Source: an uncultured bacterium (GTDB lineage Bacteria > Actinomycetota > Acidimicrobiia > Spongiisociales > UBA5794). Taken from it: a stretch of 64,000 nucleotides of DNA. A program made the position numbers and the translations under genes. This document shows positions 61,382 through 64,000 of this stretch, piece after piece; the stretch's first letter is position 1; each line of letters begins with the position of its first letter. Where the stretch lies: positions 1-64,000 of the forward strand of contig CAWDDT010000009.1 of assembly GCA_963801165.1 (NCBI GenBank). The letters run 5' to 3'. Under the pieces are notes generated by a model. It had not been told where the DNA came from and searched no databases. It saw only the letters and a program-made list of their open reading frames with translations.

Positions 61382-62358
61382 ACGCGGCTCCCTTCGTGGT
61401 CAGATCTTGCGGCTGTGACCGCGAGGAACACGTCATCGAGTGTCGGCTGTGTGACGATGACGCTCTGCGGCTTCAGCTCCGAGCGACGAAGTCGATCGAG
61501 GATGTCGTGCAAGCGCCACGGGTCATCAAACCCCAGGGTCAACATCGTTCTCGCCACGTCGCTCACGACTCCGAGGTCGGCAAGCAACGCCGCGGCAGCT
61601 GCGACTCCGGCGGCGTCGGCAAATGTCAGCTCGGCGCGCTCGGCACCGATCCTTCGTTTCAGCGCCGCAGGCGTTCCTTGCGTGACCACGCGGCCGTCGT
61701 CGATGACGGCGATGCTGTCGGCTAGCAGGTCGGCCTCCTCCAGATACTGCGTGGTGAGCAGAACCGTGGTCCCCCGGCCAAGCAGGTTCCTGATGATGTT
61801 CCAGACCTTTTGCCTCGCCAGCGGGTCGAGGCCCGTTGTCGGCTCATCGAGAAACATGATCGACGGGGTCCTGACCATGCTTGCGGCCAGGTCGAGGCGA
61901 CGCTTCATTCCCCCCGAATACGTCTTGACCCGACGGTCACCGGCATCCTCGAGGCCAAGGAGAACGAGGAGTTGATCGGCTCTCCGGCGCGCCGACGTCG
62001 TATCGAGACCCAGGAGCCGTCCGACCATGACCAGGTTCTCGTGTCCGGTCAGAAGCTCATCGACCGACGTGGCCTGGCCGGTGAGACCGAATACCTCCCG
62101 TGCTCGTGCCGGGTGCTTGGTGACGTCATGGCCTCCGACCAGCACGGTGCCGCCGTCGGGCTCGAGGAGGGTCGCCAGTATCCGCACCGTTGTCGTCTTG
62201 CCCGCCCCGTTTGGGCCGAGCAGCGCCAGCATGGTGCCGGGTTCGACCTCGAAGTCGATTCCCCGCAGAACCGGCGTTTCACCGAACGACTTGATGAGCC
62301 CCGCAACGACGATGCCCGTGGTACGAGCGGTGGGGGAACGATTGGTCGCTGTCATCAT
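61378..62358 (-). CDS. ABC exporter ATP-binding protein (DrrA-like)
   Basis: GPNGAGKT, YSGGMKRR, LDEPTTGLD, TTQYLEEA. Confidence 0.95.
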   Translation of the reverse strand: MMTATNRSPTARTTGIVVAGLIKSFGETPVLRGIDFEVEPGTMLALLGPNGAGKTTTVRILATLLEPDGGTVLVGGHDVTKHPARAREVFGLTGQATSVDELLTGHENLVMVGRLLGLDTTSARRRADQLLVLLGLEDAGDRRVKTYSGGMKRRLDLAASMVRTPSIMFLDEPTTGLDPLARQKVWNIIRNLLGRGTTVLLTTQYLEEADLLADSIAVIDDGRVVTQGTPAALKRRIGAERAELTFADAAGVAAAAALLADLGVVSDVARTMLTLGFDDPWRLHDILDRLRRSELKPQSVIVTQPTLDDVFLAVTAARSDHEGSRV

Positions 62359-62370
62359 GTTGGTTATCTC

Positions 62371-62425
62371 CGTACAGACTACGATGTCGTATAGAATACG
62401 GAGTTTATACACCGTATATCATACG
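62371..62425. promoter_or_regulatory. Three CGTA-N5-TACG boxes, probable TetR operators
   Basis: CGTACAGACTACG 62371, CGTATAGAATACG 62388, CGTATATCATACG 62413. Confidence 0.6.
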
Positions 62426-62445
62426 AAGTCAAGAGACGGCAAGAG

Positions 62446-63201
62446 GTGACGATGACTGCGGAGAACGTCGGTTGGGACCCGCTTCGTGTTGAGCTGCTCT
62501 GGGGTCTCAAGGAGCCCCCGGGTCGTGGTCCCAAGCCTACGTTGACCGTCGAGCAGATTGTCAGCGCCGGCATCGATATCGCCGATACGGATGGTCTGGG
62601 CGCGCTTTCCATGCAACGGCTCGCCAAGGAACTCGGTGTCGGGACGATGACCCTGTACACCTACGTACCCGACAAGGACGCGCTGCTCGAGGTGATGCTC
62701 GATCGTGCGTACGGCGCCGCGATCAGCTCTCTGATCCCCGCCTCCGGCTGGCGCGAGTACCTCGAGCGAGTAGCGAACGCCCTCTTGCGGGCGTACCAGC
62801 TCCATCCGTGGGCCTTACAGGTTTTCGTGGGTGGTCCCCCGCTCGGCCCAAGCCAGATGCACTTTCTCGAAGCCGCCCTCCAGGCTCTCAATGGATGCGG
62901 GCTCGAACCGGCTGAGAGGCTCGATGCTGTTATGGCGGTGACCTCGTTCGTGAGGGGTGTTGCCCACATTTCTGTCGGTATTCTCGAACACGAGGCGCGC
63001 ACCGGGCTCACCGAAGACCAGCTGGCCGTTGAGCATTTCAAGGCCTACAGCCGGGTCCTCGACCCCGGGGCCTTCCCGGCGACCTTCGAGCTCCTGGCTG
63101 CTCCACCGGGCGAGACCGACGTGGCATACGACTACGGCTTCGAGTTCGGCCTGCAGCGGATACTCGATGGGATCGAAGCCCACATCGCCGCCCGAAGCTG
63201 A
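62446..63201 (+). CDS. TetR family regulator (TetR_C-type)
   Basis: LSMQRLAKELGVGTMTLYTYV; FEFGLQRILDG. Confidence 0.93.
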   Translation: MTMTAENVGWDPLRVELLWGLKEPPGRGPKPTLTVEQIVSAGIDIADTDGLGALSMQRLAKELGVGTMTLYTYVPDKDALLEVMLDRAYGAAISSLIPASGWREYLERVANALLRAYQLHPWALQVFVGGPPLGPSQMHFLEAALQALNGCGLEPAERLDAVMAVTSFVRGVAHISVGILEHEARTGLTEDQLAVEHFKAYSRVLDPGAFPATFELLAAPPGETDVAYDYGFEFGLQRILDGIEAHIAARS

Positions 63202-63208
63202 CCCGGGC

Positions 63209-63655
63209 TCAATCGTCTCCGACGAGCCCATCGTAGAGACGCTGCAGCATTCGATTCAGCATCGACTGCTCGTCGGGCTCCAGCAGCCCGAGGAAGGCTG
63301 ACTGGCTGATCGCGGCCTCGTGTGCGATGTCCCGGCTCACCCGGCGGCCCTGTGCGGTCAGGTGAACCTGTCTCCTGCGACCATCCAACGGGTCGACGCG
63401 CCTTTCGGCCAGGTTTCGGTCGGCCAAGCCGTCGACGATGGCGACGATGTTGCGCGGGTCGACCGCAATCAGCTCGGCAAGACGACCCTGGCCGAGCGGT
63501 CCCGCTTGCTCGAGAACCGCGAGCGCCGAGTACTGGGCCAGCGTCACACCGTGCCGGCTGAGCAGCGATGACCACGACCTCTCCGCCATGGTCCCGAGTC
63601 GGGACAGCAGGAATCCCGTCCCCTCTTTGTAGCGCGGTCGTTCAACTTTCTCCAC
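63209..63655 (-). CDS. MarR family regulator
   Basis: VTLAQYSAL, DGRRRQVHLTAQG. Confidence 0.92.
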   Translation of the reverse strand: MEKVERPRYKEGTGFLLSRLGTMAERSWSSLLSRHGVTLAQYSALAVLEQAGPLGQGRLAELIAVDPRNIVAIVDGLADRNLAERRVDPLDGRRRQVHLTAQGRRVSRDIAHEAAISQSAFLGLLEPDEQSMLNRMLQRLYDGLVGDD

Positions 63656-63673
63656 AGCGACATCTTACTTGTC

Positions 63674-63713
63674 TACATGAATCATGTATAGTATGATGTA
63701 CATAAATCATGTA
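63674..63713. promoter_or_regulatory. Two palindromic boxes, probable MarR operators
   Basis: TACATGAATCATGTA 63674 and TACATAAATCATGTA 63699. Confidence 0.7.
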
Positions 63714-63732
63714 TAGATGGAAGGCGGATCTC

Positions 63733-64000
63733 ATGCACGGCCTGGTCATAGCTGCTCCCCGCCCCAACGGGCACAACAGCGTCAACTCATTCGTGATCGT
63801 GAGAGGTTCGGCGAGCGGGTTCATAGATTTCCTCGAGGACGTATTCGGAGCGACCGAGCGCACCGACGTGAGAACCCCGGATCGGGACGGCAGCCTGATC
63901 CATGCCGAGGTCACCCTGGGGAATGCGACCATCATGATCTGCGATTCCAAGCCGGACTGGCCGTTCACCCCGGCCTTCACCCAGGTGTACGTCGCCGACG
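63733..64000 (+). CDS. VOC/glyoxalase (PhnB-like) protein, runs off the window end
   Basis: FIDFLEDVFGATE..DGSLIHAEVTLGNATIMI..VYVAD; not in the ORF track because it has no stop in the window. Confidence 0.85.
   Translation, partial: MHGLVIAAPRPNGHNSVNSFVIVRGSASGFIDFLEDVFGATERTDVRTPDRDGSLIHAEVTLGNATIMICDSKPDWPFTPAFTQVYVAD

Overview
GC-rich window, probably from an Actinomycetota genome (Acidimicrobiia-like, inferred from gene content). It opens with a sugar-acid/GH15 catabolic operon (1-5.4 kb). Next is an integration hotspot at tRNA-Arg(ACG) (8545-8618). A 5'-half copy of the tRNA lies 3 kb upstream, and 3'-half copies lie at 15279, 18391, ~21442 and ~30813. The 5'-half and the two well-preserved 3'-half copies break at the 7-nt anticodon loop CTACGGA. 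The 15279 and 18391 copies sit in a conserved ~265-bp attP-like architecture (paired TGGGAGCCA boxes, 10-bp-phased TGTGGAC repeats, hairpin). These junctions divide the DNA into 2-7 kb cargo units, and I recognise no integrase anywhere in the window, so the region reads like a tRNA-anchored cassette array mobilised in trans. Cargo includes a nucleotidyltransferase TA pair, a frameshifted DUF262/DUF1524 nuclease, a SAMD9-like remnant, an uncharacterised three-gene wHTH/wHTH/GHKL-ATPase operon, an ECF/anti-sigma pair and a Fic protein. Further along are lipoproteins, a split cytochrome b/Rieske/cytochrome c operon coupled to a GltD-like flavoprotein, and a thiosulfate/polysulfide reductase operon with cytochrome b-YeeE and YeeE-rhodanese-GGGGCG fusions. 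The rest holds CGTC-type palindromes near a DUF559 gene, an orphan tail-tube gene, several deletion scars and ordinary regulators/transporters. All family calls come from motif recognition by eye; no searches were run.
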